A model generated the notes under the pieces. It ran no database searches, had not been told where the DNA came from, and saw nothing but the letters and a program-made list of their open reading frames with translations. From positions 168,073 through 232,072 of the forward strand of contig CAWJKV010000007.1 of NCBI GenBank assembly GCA_963843555.1: a stretch of DNA of 64,000 bases. The letters are read 5' to 3'. Source of the DNA: an uncultured Methanosarcinales archaeon. GTDB lineage: Archaea > Halobacteriota > Methanosarcinia > Methanotrichales > Methanotrichaceae. Of the stretch, positions 63,963 to 64,000 are shown piece after piece; position 1 is the first letter of the stretch; every line of letters begins with the position of its first letter. A program made the translations under genes and the position numbers.

Positions 63963-64000
63963 CGGAGCACGGAGTATATAATCATCCAGTCCTCAAAGAA

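Overview
Archaeal chromosome segment, most consistent with a Methanothrix-like methanogen (Methanotrichaceae; inferred from the eIF2gamma-PIN-rpoE'-spt4-DUF359-rps24e-rps27ae cluster and the Methanothrix-style accessory genes). 1-27 kb is an accessory region of mostly bacterial-type genes: a gnd-pgl-glucose dehydrogenase-CoA disulfide reductase/rhodanese operon, two TMEM175 K+ channel copies, a secreted cutinase/chlorophyllase-like hydrolase, a secreted beta/gamma-crystallin, DUF6325 proteins (one fused to a C39 peptidase), an arylsulfatase, SulP transporters, an AdiA-type decarboxylase and EamA pumps. The most notable unexplained signal is a 24-bp operator-like motif (TTCATAACTATTCATACTTTTATG) in four promoters of this region, each 17 bp upstream of a TATA-like box, which points to an uncharacterised regulon. 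28-57 kb is mostly housekeeping, plus an AguB-AguA fusion, an XpaC-like/vWA/TelA operon, a GC-rich structured element and an acylphosphatase flanked by direct repeats. 57-64 kb is an AT-rich defence-like island (truncated integrase, HEPN/DUF4145-like gene, Type IIG restriction-modification gene). Many genes, including core ones, carry single-base frameshifts that are probably assembly errors. No rRNA, tRNA or CRISPR array was seen.
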